From positions 2,396 through 66,395 of the forward strand of contig CACILT010000002.1 of the NCBI GenBank assembly GCA_902587565.1: a stretch of DNA of 64,000 nucleotides, read 5' to 3'. The translations under genes and the position numbers were made by a program. The notes beneath the pieces were generated by a model. It saw only the letters and a program-made list of their open reading frames with translations, was not told the DNA's origin and did no database searches. Below, one piece after another: positions 1 through 9,250 of this stretch. Position 1 is the stretch's first letter, and every line of letters begins with the position of its first letter. The DNA is from an uncultured Alphaproteobacteria bacterium. Its GTDB lineage: Bacteria; Pseudomonadota; Alphaproteobacteria; HIMB59; GCA-002718135.

Positions 1-700
1 ATCTTAATGAATCCCAAATAATTGCTTGATTACTTGAAATGATATCTGTGCTTAATTTTGATTCTAATTTTTCGATAATATCAAGTACTTTTAATGCAGT
101 GCAAGAAACAAAAATACTATCAACATCTATTAAATCAATTGAGGAAATTGTTTGCATTAAACTATCATGAGTAACCTTGGCAATTTCTGAATCATAATTT
201 AAATTAAACGAACTAAATGATTTAATTTCAAATCCACTTTCGATTAAATAGTTGTAAACTTTAACATTAACATCTTTTGGATAAGGGGTAAGAACAGCAA
301 TTTTTTTATGATTTAACAATTTAAGTGCTTTGACAGCTGCTGTAATAGGTGTAGTAATTAAAGCATCAGGTTTAGCCTTGAAAATTTTAGATCTTATTCT
401 TTTTTCACCAATTTCAATAGTACCCGAAGTACATCCATACGCTACAACTTGTATTTTTTCATTGGGTAGTATTTGGTTTGTTGTTTCTGTAAGATGATCT
501 GCCATCCTTATATAATTTTCATGAGTAAGAGGATTTAAAAAGGGTATCCTATTAAAAAATAGATCAACTGGTAAATTATGGCAAATTTTTCTAAAATCCT
601 GCTCAATGGTAAAATCAGTTGATAGTGTAATTATACCAATTCTAGAAAAGTTTGTATCATGTAAATTGGCTTTAAAATTATTTTGATTAAAACTATCCAT
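1..700 (-). CDS. Maleate cis-trans isomerase / Asp-Glu racemase superfamily protein (EutA/AMDase-like), 3' end outside window
   Basis: Not in the ORF track; translated by hand from ATG at 700 (TAATG overlap with upstream stop): MDSFNQNNFKANLHDTNFSRIGIITLSTDFTIEQDF...VAYGCTSG...IAVLTPY...IFVSCTAL...SSNQAIIWDSLR. The two catalytic Cys motifs (GCTS, SCTA), TPY and SSNQA are family hallmarks. Confidence 0.85.
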   Translation of the reverse strand, partial: MDSFNQNNFKANLHDTNFSRIGIITLSTDFTIEQDFRKICHNLPVDLFFNRIPFLNPLTHENYIRMADHLTETTNQILPNEKIQVVAYGCTSGTIEIGEKRIRSKIFKAKPDALITTPITAAVKALKLLNHKKIAVLTPYPKDVNVKVYNYLIESGFEIKSFSSFNLNYDSEIAKVTHDSLMQTISSIDLIDVDSIFVSCTALKVLDIIEKLESKLSTDIISSNQAIIWDSLR

Positions 701-1803
701 TATTGATTTGGAAAATAATCCTCACACTCACCCTCTCTATAAACATCAGTAGTGGCACAATGTAGACTGCCCCCAAACGCATAAACATCTCTAAAAGGAA
801 CAGGAATAACATCTAATCCAAAACTTTCCATTTGTTTAATCATTTTTTCTTCAGTTGCTTCGACACAAATAGTTTTAGGATCAATTATCAAAACGTTCAT
901 TGATAACCATATTGATGAATAACACATAGGTGGTGGACTATTATGAATAGAAGGAGCTGCTTCATGAATTTCCCATTTATTATCATCAAAAATTTTTCTT
1001 TGCTCTGATGATATTTTTCTATTCGGATTAATAATTATAACTCCTGGTTTAATAGGAGTAAAACATGCATCAATGTGAGTTGGAATTAAATCACCTGGTA
1101 AATTAATTTGATGAACGCGATGATTTGGATAATGTCTTCTAAGCCAATCTAAGCCACTTAAATTTGATGTAAAATTGTTATGATAGAAAAGATCTTTTCC
1201 AAAGCGTAAAATTTCTGCAGCATCAAAAAGTGGTTCTTTTTCTGTTAATATCATGTCTCTGTTTTCGATTTTCTTATACCGTTCTTCTTCTGTTATGCCT
1301 TCAGGAAGATAATTAGACTTATAGGATTGATTTGTTAATCTTGGTTTAGGTGCAGACTCCCATCTCATATTTTTATCTTCTAAATAATATTTTTCAAGTA
1401 ATGGTCTATAAGCAAGGTACTCAAACCATCTACATCTATAAGACATAGGTGCCTCTAGCATTTCATTTCCTACAGTAAGAATAACATCTCTTGGAGGCAT
1501 GCAGCCAAACATACCATCATTAAACCAATCGGGTGTCTCGATACTTTGAGAAAAATCAATAGGCGTTGGTCTATCAACTTTTATATTTAGAGAATTTAAA
1601 ATTTTAACAAAGTTTTCTAACTGTATATTTGCTTTATCAATTGATTCTTTTGCACGTGGTCCGTGAGATCCTGCCATACCACTATCTTTACTAATTTTAG
1701 GTTCAAGCGCAGGTTCCATAGGGGGTATATTGGCATTTTCAACTGCTCCAACTATAACATGCTTTAATGGATCCCATTCATTCCAAGAATTAACTATTGT
1801 CAT
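700..1803 (-). CDS. Amidinotransferase (L-arginine:glycine / inosamine-phosphate amidinotransferase family)
   Basis: NSWNEWDPLKHVIVG N-terminus, PRD, FDAA, HID and C-terminal GGSLHC(ATTD) with the catalytic Asp/His/Cys. AAGGA Shine-Dalgarno upstream. Confidence 0.9.
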   Translation of the reverse strand: MTIVNSWNEWDPLKHVIVGAVENANIPPMEPALEPKISKDSGMAGSHGPRAKESIDKANIQLENFVKILNSLNIKVDRPTPIDFSQSIETPDWFNDGMFGCMPPRDVILTVGNEMLEAPMSYRCRWFEYLAYRPLLEKYYLEDKNMRWESAPKPRLTNQSYKSNYLPEGITEEERYKKIENRDMILTEKEPLFDAAEILRFGKDLFYHNNFTSNLSGLDWLRRHYPNHRVHQINLPGDLIPTHIDACFTPIKPGVIIINPNRKISSEQRKIFDDNKWEIHEAAPSIHNSPPPMCYSSIWLSMNVLIIDPKTICVEATEEKMIKQMESFGLDVIPVPFRDVYAFGGSLHCATTDVYREGECEDYFPNQ

Positions 1804-1830
1804 TATATTTTCCTTAATTTAAAACTATGC

Positions 1831-1838
1831 ATTATAAT
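1831..1838. promoter_or_regulatory. Putative overlapping bidirectional -10 element (ATTATAAT)
   Basis: The palindrome reads TATAAT on both strands in the 43-bp divergent gap. The plus copy is 8 nt before the gabD ATG. The AT-rich background lowers confidence. Confidence 0.35.
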
Positions 1839-1846
1839 TAAAACAT

Positions 1847-3298
1847 ATGGAATTAAATAACAAATCACTCTTTAAACAAAAATGTTTTATAAATGGAGAA
1901 TGGCTTGAAAGTTCTTCAGGTGAAACACTTGAGGTAAATAATCCAGCTTCTCTTGAAATTATTGGAAACGTTCCAAAATGTTCAATTACTGAAACTAAAA
2001 AAGCTATTGATGATGCTAATAAAGCTTTCCAAACATGGAAAGAAACTACCGCTAAAGAAAGATCAGTTATTTTAAAAAAGTGGGGAGAGCTAATAACAGA
2101 AAATGTAGATGATTTAGCTAAAATAATGACAATTGAACAAGGTAAACCATTAGCTGAAGCAAAGGGTGAAATACTAATGGGTGCAACATATATTGAGTTC
2201 TATGCGGAAGAAGCAAAAAGAGTTTATGGTGATATAGTTCCAGATCCTAGACCTGGGAAAAGAATAGTAATAATTAAACAACCTGTTGGAGTTGTTGGAG
2301 CAATTACACCTTGGAACTTTCCTAACTCTATGATTACTAGAAAATGTGCGGCTGCTCTTGCAGTTGGGTGTACCACGGTTGTCAAGCCAGCAAGTCAAAC
2401 ACCATACTCGGCATTAGCTGTTGCAGTGCTAGCTAAAGAAGCTGGTTTTCCAGATGGTGTATTTAATGTAATTACTGGTTCAGCAAGTGAAATTGGTAAA
2501 GAGTTAACAAGCAACCCTGTTGTAAGAAAAATTTCATTTACTGGATCAACAGAAGTTGGAAAAATTCTTTTAGAACAGAGTGCCTCTACAGTAAAGAAAG
2601 TCTCTATGGAACTTGGTGGTCATGCTCCTTTTATTGTATTTGAAGATGCTGATATGGATGAAGCTGTTGCAGGTGCAATACAAAGTAAATTTAGAAATAG
2701 TGGACAAACTTGCATTTGTTCCAATCGAATATTTGTTCATGAAAAAATTTATGATGAATTCTTAGATAAATTTACAAATGAAGTTAGTAAAATTACAGTC
2801 GGTAATGGTCTTGAAGATGGAATTACATCTGGTCCATTAATTGATAAGTCATCCTTAGAAAAAGTAATTGATCATGTACAAGATGCAGTGAACACGGGAG
2901 CAAAAATAGCAATTGGTGGAAATGTACATTCTCTAGGTGGAAATTATTACCAACCAACTGTTCTATCTAATGTTTCTACCAAAGCAAAAATTACTTTTGA
3001 AGAAACTTTCGGACCTGTTGCACCACTCTATAAATTTTCAAGTGATGATGAAGTAGTAAGAATGGCGAATGACACACCATACGGATTAGCTTCTTATTTC
3101 TATTCACGAGACATAGGAAGAATTTGGAAAGTAGCTGAAGCACTAGAATATGGAATTGTATCAATTAATAATGGACTACCAACAATTGCAGAAGTTCCTT
3201 TTGGTGGAGTTAAAGAATCAGGAATGGGAAGAGAAGGTTCTCGATATGGCCTAGATGATTATTTGACTATTAAATATATATCTATGGGTGGTATTTAA
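1847..3298 (+). CDS. gabD: NAD(P)-dependent succinate-semialdehyde dehydrogenase
   Basis: ITPWNFP, SFTGSTEVG, MELGGHAP, KFRNSGQTCIC, EETFGP, PFGGVKESG motifs. Confidence 0.9.
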   Translation: MELNNKSLFKQKCFINGEWLESSSGETLEVNNPASLEIIGNVPKCSITETKKAIDDANKAFQTWKETTAKERSVILKKWGELITENVDDLAKIMTIEQGKPLAEAKGEILMGATYIEFYAEEAKRVYGDIVPDPRPGKRIVIIKQPVGVVGAITPWNFPNSMITRKCAAALAVGCTTVVKPASQTPYSALAVAVLAKEAGFPDGVFNVITGSASEIGKELTSNPVVRKISFTGSTEVGKILLEQSASTVKKVSMELGGHAPFIVFEDADMDEAVAGAIQSKFRNSGQTCICSNRIFVHEKIYDEFLDKFTNEVSKITVGNGLEDGITSGPLIDKSSLEKVIDHVQDAVNTGAKIAIGGNVHSLGGNYYQPTVLSNVSTKAKITFEETFGPVAPLYKFSSDDEVVRMANDTPYGLASYFYSRDIGRIWKVAEALEYGIVSINNGLPTIAEVPFGGVKESGMGREGSRYGLDDYLTIKYISMGGI

Positions 3299-4185
3299 GA
3301 AAGCCAAGCTGCTCCTCTTACGCCGCTTGAGTCACCGTGAATATTTTTTACAACTTTAGTGTGAAGTGTATCTGTAAAAACATATTTTTTTAAAGCATCA
3401 TTTATATTTTCATAAATAAAATCAATATTTGACATACCTCCACCCAAAACTATCACATCTGGATCAAGAATATTACAAACTAAAGATAAGCCTCTTGCTA
3501 AATGATCGACATATTGAGTAAGTGCAAAGATACTATCTTTTTCTTTATTATTAAAACCATCTAATATTTGATGTGAATTATAATTTTTATTGAAACGTAA
3601 ATTATAGACAGATGAAAATCCTGGTCCAGATATATAGGTCTCTAAGCACCCATCTTTTCCACAATAACATTTTTTAACATATTTTTTTTCATCTTCTGTT
3701 CTGCTGGGCAAGACGATATGTCCCCACTCTCCACTTATGCTATTACGACCTCTTATTACTTTTTGATTTATACTGATACCGCCACCTACACCAGTTCCTA
3801 TAATGACTCCGAAAACAACTTCAAACCCTTTGCCTGCCCCATCTACAGCTTCAGAAAGAGTAAAACAATTAGCATCATTTTCCAAATTCACATTTCTACT
3901 TAGAATTTTATCTAAATCTTGCTTAAAAGGTTTGCCATTTAACCATATAGAATTAGCATTTTTAATTAACGCTGTATCATTTGATATAGCTCCTGGCATT
4001 CCCATACCAACAGATTCTGCTTTGCCGTGTTTATCTTCAAAATGATTTATAATGGAGAGTATCCCATTAATTGTTCCATCATAACTTTTTTCAGTATTAA
4101 TTCTTTTTCTATCTATTTCAGTTCCTTTTGGATCTAGAAGAATACCCTCAGTTTTGGTACCGCCTACATCAATACCGATTTTCAT
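3295..4185 (-). CDS. mak: ROK family sugar kinase (fructokinase Mak-like)
   Basis: GIDVGGTK, ENDANC, GTGVGGG, GEWGH, CYCGKDGCLE, C-terminal HGDSSGVRGAAWL typical of Mak. Confidence 0.8.
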   Translation of the reverse strand: MKIGIDVGGTKTEGILLDPKGTEIDRKRINTEKSYDGTINGILSIINHFEDKHGKAESVGMGMPGAISNDTALIKNANSIWLNGKPFKQDLDKILSRNVNLENDANCFTLSEAVDGAGKGFEVVFGVIIGTGVGGGISINQKVIRGRNSISGEWGHIVLPSRTEDEKKYVKKCYCGKDGCLETYISGPGFSSVYNLRFNKNYNSHQILDGFNNKEKDSIFALTQYVDHLARGLSLVCNILDPDVIVLGGGMSNIDFIYENINDALKKYVFTDTLHTKVVKNIHGDSSGVRGAAWLS

Positions 4186-4191
4186 TAATTA

Positions 4192-4758
4192 TTATTTTGT
4201 AATAATTTTGTGTAAAGTTGGGATCAAAACAACTGCTAATGCTATTTTAAACAATTCACTTGGAATAAATGGTAAAAGGCCAGCAGCTACTGCTTTTTCG
4301 AAACCAATAATATAACCAAGATAGATGATACCAAATAAAAATATAATAGTAGAACCGATTAATAGAGATAATGTAGCTTTAAAATAAGTTTTGCTAAAAC
4401 CTAAATTTGCTAAATAACTTATAACGATAGATGCAAGTAACATTCCATAAAGATATCCTGCAGTTGGGCCAACTAAATAAGCAATTCCACCACCAGATGC
4501 AAAGACAGGAAGTCCTATAGCGCCTTGAAAAAGGTAAAATGCAACTGTGGCAAAAGATAACCTAACACTATATGTCATTCCTATTAAGAATATGACAAAC
4601 GTCTGCATTGTCATTGGCACTGGCCAAAATGGTACTTGAACTTTAGCGGAAATCGCTAGTAAAATTGAACCAAATAACATCAATGTTATTATAAGAAAAT
4701 TTGAATTTATATTTTCAAAATTTTTTAGTTTGTGTATTAAAATTCTATTTTCGTGCAT
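4192..4758 (-). CDS. bioY: Biotin transporter BioY
   Basis: PVPMTMQT, GLPVFA, GPTAGYL motifs; hydrophobic. Confidence 0.92.
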   Translation of the reverse strand: MHENRILIHKLKNFENINSNFLIITLMLFGSILLAISAKVQVPFWPVPMTMQTFVIFLIGMTYSVRLSFATVAFYLFQGAIGLPVFASGGGIAYLVGPTAGYLYGMLLASIVISYLANLGFSKTYFKATLSLLIGSTIIFLFGIIYLGYIIGFEKAVAAGLLPFIPSELFKIALAVVLIPTLHKIITK

Positions 4759-4781
4759 ATGTTTTCCTTTAAATAGTATAA

Positions 4782-5720
4782 TTAAACTAATTTATATTTT
4801 GCTTCAAGCTTATCCCAAAAATCTTTCTCTAATTTTACATTGTTTAATGCATTAATTTGCTTCAATCCTGTAGGTGAAGTTACATTTATTTCGGTTAAAT
4901 AATTCCCAATTATATCAATCCCAACAAAAAAGAGATTGTGTTCTTGTAGTTTTGGTCCTAGATTATCAATAATTTCTTTGTCTCTATAAACTAAGTCAGT
5001 TTTACTTGCCTTACCACCAGCATGAAAATTTGCCTTTAAATTACCTTCTTTAGGTATTCTGGCAACAGAACCGAAATATTCACCATCGAAAAAAACGATT
5101 CTCCTATCACCATACTCTATCTCATTGATAAATTTTTGGACCATTATAGGCAAGTGTAAATATTCCTCTAATATTTTAGAATTGAAATTACTTTTATCAA
5201 ATCTATGAATACCCTCACCTCCATTACCATATAGTGGTTTAGTTATAATATCTTTTTCTTTGTCTAAAAATTCTTCAATAATTTTTAAATCTTTTGTAAC
5301 CAAAGTAGGTGGCATGAATTCTTTAAAATTAAATGTAAATAATTTTTCAGTAGAATTTCTAACTGCTGTTGGATCATTCACAACAATTGTTGAGGATGGA
5401 AGTAAGTCCAAAATATAAGTAGATGTTATATAATTCATATCAAAGGGAGGGTCTTGTCTTAAAAAAATAAATTGAAAATTTTCTAATTTGGTAATTACTT
5501 TTTTAGATTTAAAGTTGAAATAATTATTTTCATCCAAAAATAACTCTAAAAAATATCCGGAAGCTTGAATATAGTTTTCATTTATAAACAGGTCTTTAGG
5601 ATTATAGTAAAAAATTTCATATCCTCTATCTTGCGCTTCATAACCTATCAAAAAAGATGTATCAAATTCGTAATCAATTGTTTCAATACTATCCATTTGT
5701 ATTGCAATACTTTTTTTCAT
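4782..5720 (-). CDS. gshB: Glutathione synthetase
   Basis: IAIQMD, LRQDPPFDMNY, KPLYGNGGEG, TEINVTSPTG. Confidence 0.95.
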   Translation of the reverse strand: MKKSIAIQMDSIETIDYEFDTSFLIGYEAQDRGYEIFYYNPKDLFINENYIQASGYFLELFLDENNYFNFKSKKVITKLENFQFIFLRQDPPFDMNYITSTYILDLLPSSTIVVNDPTAVRNSTEKLFTFNFKEFMPPTLVTKDLKIIEEFLDKEKDIITKPLYGNGGEGIHRFDKSNFNSKILEEYLHLPIMVQKFINEIEYGDRRIVFFDGEYFGSVARIPKEGNLKANFHAGGKASKTDLVYRDKEIIDNLGPKLQEHNLFFVGIDIIGNYLTEINVTSPTGLKQINALNNVKLEKDFWDKLEAKYKLV

Positions 5721-7060
5721 TAGAAAATTTGTTCCTCGTATAATTTATTAATATTTTTTATCCATTCACCATTATATTTATTGATTAATAAATCAGCCGG
5801 TGAATGACCATTTGATAGATTTTGTTCTAAATCTTTTAGATAAAATGTTTCATTATATTTTTCATTTTTGACTAGAATATTTCTTTTTTCTAAACCTGAT
5901 TTTGAAATTTCAAATAATTTTTGTGCAATATCTAACAGAATACCATTTTTGAATTTGGTTTGCAGACCTTCTTTTGGTACTAAACTATTTATCAAATTTC
6001 TATCATTTTGAGTCCAGCCCTCAACAATTTCATTTGTTTTATTAATAGCTTCATCATTATATAAAATACCAATCCAAAACGCAGGTTGAGAACATATTAA
6101 ATCCCATGAACATGCATCCATGGAACGAATTTCTAAGAATTGCTTTAATCTAACTTGAGGAAATAAAGTTGATAAATGGTTTATCCAATCTTCAATAGTG
6201 GTTTCAATGTGTAAATCTTTAGAGATTTTATTATTCATAAAATCCCTAAAAGTATAATCGGTCATATCCATATATTTATGATTTCTAATTACAAAATACA
6301 TTGGCACATCAAGAGCATACTCAGCATATTTTTCGAAATTAAAATCTTTATCAAAAACAAATGGTAATAAACCTGTTCTATCTTTATCTGTGTGATGCCA
6401 AAAATGAGATCTTAAACTCTTATATTTAGAAACTTTTTTTTGATCAAATGGTGAGTTAGCAAATATTGCAGTCGCAATTCCTTCAAGATTTAACATTAAT
6501 CGATACTTAGCAATCATATCTTCTTCAGAATAATAATCCAAATTTACTTGGTTTGTGCAAGTACGTTTCATCATATGATGTCCTAGAGTACCTACTTTGG
6601 GCATATATTTTTTCATTATAGAGTATCTTTGTTTTGGCATCCAAGGTAATTCATCTATGGATAAGCTGGGTTCCACGCCTAAGCCCAATAATATAAAATT
6701 AAATTCTTCACCAATTTCTTTTAACTCTTTTAAATGTCTATTTGTTTCTGTACAGGTTTGATGAATATTTTTTAATTGAGCTCCAGATAATTCGATCTGA
6801 CCTCCTGGTTCTAAAGTTATACTTTCACCAAATCTTTCTAGAGCAATTATAGTAGTATTTTCATCATCATACTTTGGTTTCCATCCCTTATTTACAAATT
6901 TTAAAAGAATATCTTTTATACCATTTGACTCTTCATATGATAATTGGTGTAAACTGTCTTTTTTTAGAACAAATTTTTCATGTTCTACTCCTATGCGTAA
7001 ATCATTCTTATCTTTAATTCCTTTATAAAAATAGTCTATTAGATCATTTTTTTTTAGCAT
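5720..7060 (-). CDS. gshA: Glutamate-cysteine ligase (alphaproteobacterial/plant type)
   Basis: IGVEHEKF, LEPGGQIELSG, MPKQRY, CTNQVNLD, FANSPF, HLSTLFPQVRLK. Confidence 0.93.
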   Translation of the reverse strand: MLKKNDLIDYFYKGIKDKNDLRIGVEHEKFVLKKDSLHQLSYEESNGIKDILLKFVNKGWKPKYDDENTTIIALERFGESITLEPGGQIELSGAQLKNIHQTCTETNRHLKELKEIGEEFNFILLGLGVEPSLSIDELPWMPKQRYSIMKKYMPKVGTLGHHMMKRTCTNQVNLDYYSEEDMIAKYRLMLNLEGIATAIFANSPFDQKKVSKYKSLRSHFWHHTDKDRTGLLPFVFDKDFNFEKYAEYALDVPMYFVIRNHKYMDMTDYTFRDFMNNKISKDLHIETTIEDWINHLSTLFPQVRLKQFLEIRSMDACSWDLICSQPAFWIGILYNDEAINKTNEIVEGWTQNDRNLINSLVPKEGLQTKFKNGILLDIAQKLFEISKSGLEKRNILVKNEKYNETFYLKDLEQNLSNGHSPADLLINKYNGEWIKNINKLYEEQIF

Positions 7061-7083
7061 TGCTTTAACTTAAATAAGCCAGA

Positions 7084-8451
7084 TTATATTAAAAATAAAG
7101 ATGCTAATCCAAGAAAAGATAGAAAACCAAAAACATCTGTTATTGTGCTTAAAATTACTGCAGATGCTAAAGCAGGATCAATTTTCATCTTATCTAAAAC
7201 TAACGGAATTACAATTCCTGAAAAACCAGCAATTAGTAAATTTAGTATCATGGCAAGACCTATTATTAAACCCAAAAGAAAATTATCAAACCAATAAATA
7301 GAAATTATAGATATTATAATAGCGAATATAATTCCATTTATACCACCAATGAGAGTCTCTTTAGTTATAATTTTTAGAGCATTGCTAGTTGTTAATTCTT
7401 TCACAGCAATAGCTCTCACTGCAACTGTTAAAGTTTGAGTGCCAGCATTGGCACCCATTGAAGCTACTATTGGCATTAAAATAGCTAACGCTATTACTTT
7501 TTCTATAGCAGCTTCAAACAAACCTATAACTATTGAAGCTACTACTGCTGTCATTAAATTTACAATTAACCACGAAATTCTTGATTTTGTTGTAGAAACA
7601 ACTGACTCATATAAATCTGTATGATCAACACCTCCAAGTTTTAAAATATCCTCTTCTCTTTCTTCTTCTATAACCTCAACAACATCATCAACTGTTATAG
7701 ATCCAATAATTTTTTTTTGATTATTTATAACAGGAGCACTGACCAATCCGTATTTATTAAATAATAAGGCTACATCTTCCTGATCTGTATTTACATCAAT
7801 TAATCTTAATTCTTTATTTGTTATTGAATTTAGTTCTACTTCTCTTTTTGAACCCATTAACCTTCCTAATGGCACAACACCTTTTGCTTCTTGGTTATTA
7901 TTAATTAAATAAATATCATAGAAATCTTCAGGTAATTTCCCTTTATTGTTTCTCAAATAATCAATTGCTTGACCAACATTCCATGATTGATTAACGGCAA
8001 CAAATTGTCTTTGCATTAATCTTCCAGCAGAATCTTTAGGATATTTTAATCCTTCTTCAACCAATGTACGTTCTTCTTTATCTAAATTTTCTAAGAATAT
8101 AGTCTGATCTTTTTCTTCTAAATCTTCTGCTAAGTCGACAACATCATCCGTATCTAAACTTTTTGCATTATTAGCTAATTGTTTTATATCTAAAGTTTCT
8201 ATTATTTCTTCTCTAACACTATCATTTAAATAAGTTAAAATTTCAGGGTCAAAATCTTTATCAATGATATTTAAGAGACTTAGTCGTAAAACTGGATCTA
8301 AATTTTGAAGAATGTCTGCAATATCAGCATTATGAATATCTTTTAAATAAGATAAAACATTATCATATTTATAATTTTCTAAATAATCAGATACTAGTTC
8401 AACAGATTTGGATGAAGAATCCTGATCTTTTTTTATAATAATTTCTTCCAT
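7084..8451 (-). CDS. mgtE: Magnesium transporter MgtE
   Basis: SAGRLM, CBS pair with ITVDDV, MPIVASMGANAGTQ, DPALAS, TITDVFG. Start reassigned to ATG 8451 because the longer ORF overlaps tRNA-Leu. Confidence 0.93.
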   Translation of the reverse strand: MEEIIIKKDQDSSSKSVELVSDYLENYKYDNVLSYLKDIHNADIADILQNLDPVLRLSLLNIIDKDFDPEILTYLNDSVREEIIETLDIKQLANNAKSLDTDDVVDLAEDLEEKDQTIFLENLDKEERTLVEEGLKYPKDSAGRLMQRQFVAVNQSWNVGQAIDYLRNNKGKLPEDFYDIYLINNNQEAKGVVPLGRLMGSKREVELNSITNKELRLIDVNTDQEDVALLFNKYGLVSAPVINNQKKIIGSITVDDVVEVIEEEREEDILKLGGVDHTDLYESVVSTTKSRISWLIVNLMTAVVASIVIGLFEAAIEKVIALAILMPIVASMGANAGTQTLTVAVRAIAVKELTTSNALKIITKETLIGGINGIIFAIIISIISIYWFDNFLLGLIIGLAMILNLLIAGFSGIVIPLVLDKMKIDPALASAVILSTITDVFGFLSFLGLASLFLI

Positions 8452-8457
8452 ACAAAT

Positions 8458-8544
8458 TGGTGCGGCTGAGAAGACTTGAACTTCCACAGGATAAATCCCA
8501 CAGCGACCTCAACGCTGCGCGTATACCAATTCCGCCACAGCCGC
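8458..8544 (-). tRNA. tRNA-Leu(GAG)
   Basis: GCGGCTG acceptor stem, anticodon arm CAGCG-TTGAGGT-CGCTG, long variable arm, TTCAAGT T-loop, encoded CCA. Confidence 0.95.
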
Positions 8545-8602
8545 ATATATACTAGAATTAAATATCAGATAGGATATTAACTATCAATAAAGTTAAATAC
8601 AG

Positions 8603-9250
8603 ATGAAACAGATTGAAATTAAAATATCTACTGATGAAATAAATTATGAAGAAGCGGTAATGTATATGGAGTCTAGAGTAGATGGAATAATTAATAATAA
8701 ATCTAAAGAATTATTGTGGTTTCTAAATCATAATCATATTTTTACTCAAGGAACTAGTGCATTAAAAGAAGAGATATTAGATTCAAATGTTATTGGTGTT
8801 ATAAAATCCAATCGTGGAGGGAAAACAACCTACCATGGTCCTGGTCAAAGAATTGTTTATTTTATGTTAAACTTAAATAATAAAAATAAAGATATTAGAA
8901 AATTTATTAACATTATTGAAAATTCTCTAATCTCTTTTTTAGCAGAATATAAAATTGAGGCACAATCCTTCAGAGATAGGGTAGGCATTTGGGTAACTAG
9001 AAGTAATAATATTACATTCGATAAAGAAAAAAAAATTGGTGCAATTGGATTACGAATTAAAAAATGGATTACATACCATGGCTTAAGTTTTAATATTAAT
9101 CCTGATCTTAAATATTATAATTATATTCATTCATGTGGTTTAAAAGAATATAAAAATACTTCGATGGAAGAATTAGGTATTAAATTAGAGGAATCCGAAT
9201 TTGATAATAAATTTAGAAAAATTTTTATTGAAAAATTAAAAAACATTTAA
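8603..9250 (+). CDS. lipB: Lipoyl(octanoyl) transferase LipB
   Basis: RGGKTTYHGPGQ, KIGAIG, TYHGLSFN, CGL. Confidence 0.95.
   Translation: MKQIEIKISTDEINYEEAVMYMESRVDGIINNKSKELLWFLNHNHIFTQGTSALKEEILDSNVIGVIKSNRGGKTTYHGPGQRIVYFMLNLNNKNKDIRKFINIIENSLISFLAEYKIEAQSFRDRVGIWVTRSNNITFDKEKKIGAIGLRIKKWITYHGLSFNINPDLKYYNYIHSCGLKEYKNTSMEELGIKLEESEFDNKFRKIFIEKLKNI

Noticed and set aside
8452-8487. N-terminal extension of the mgtE ORF
   Set aside because: Overlaps tRNA-Leu; ATG 8451 is the more plausible start.
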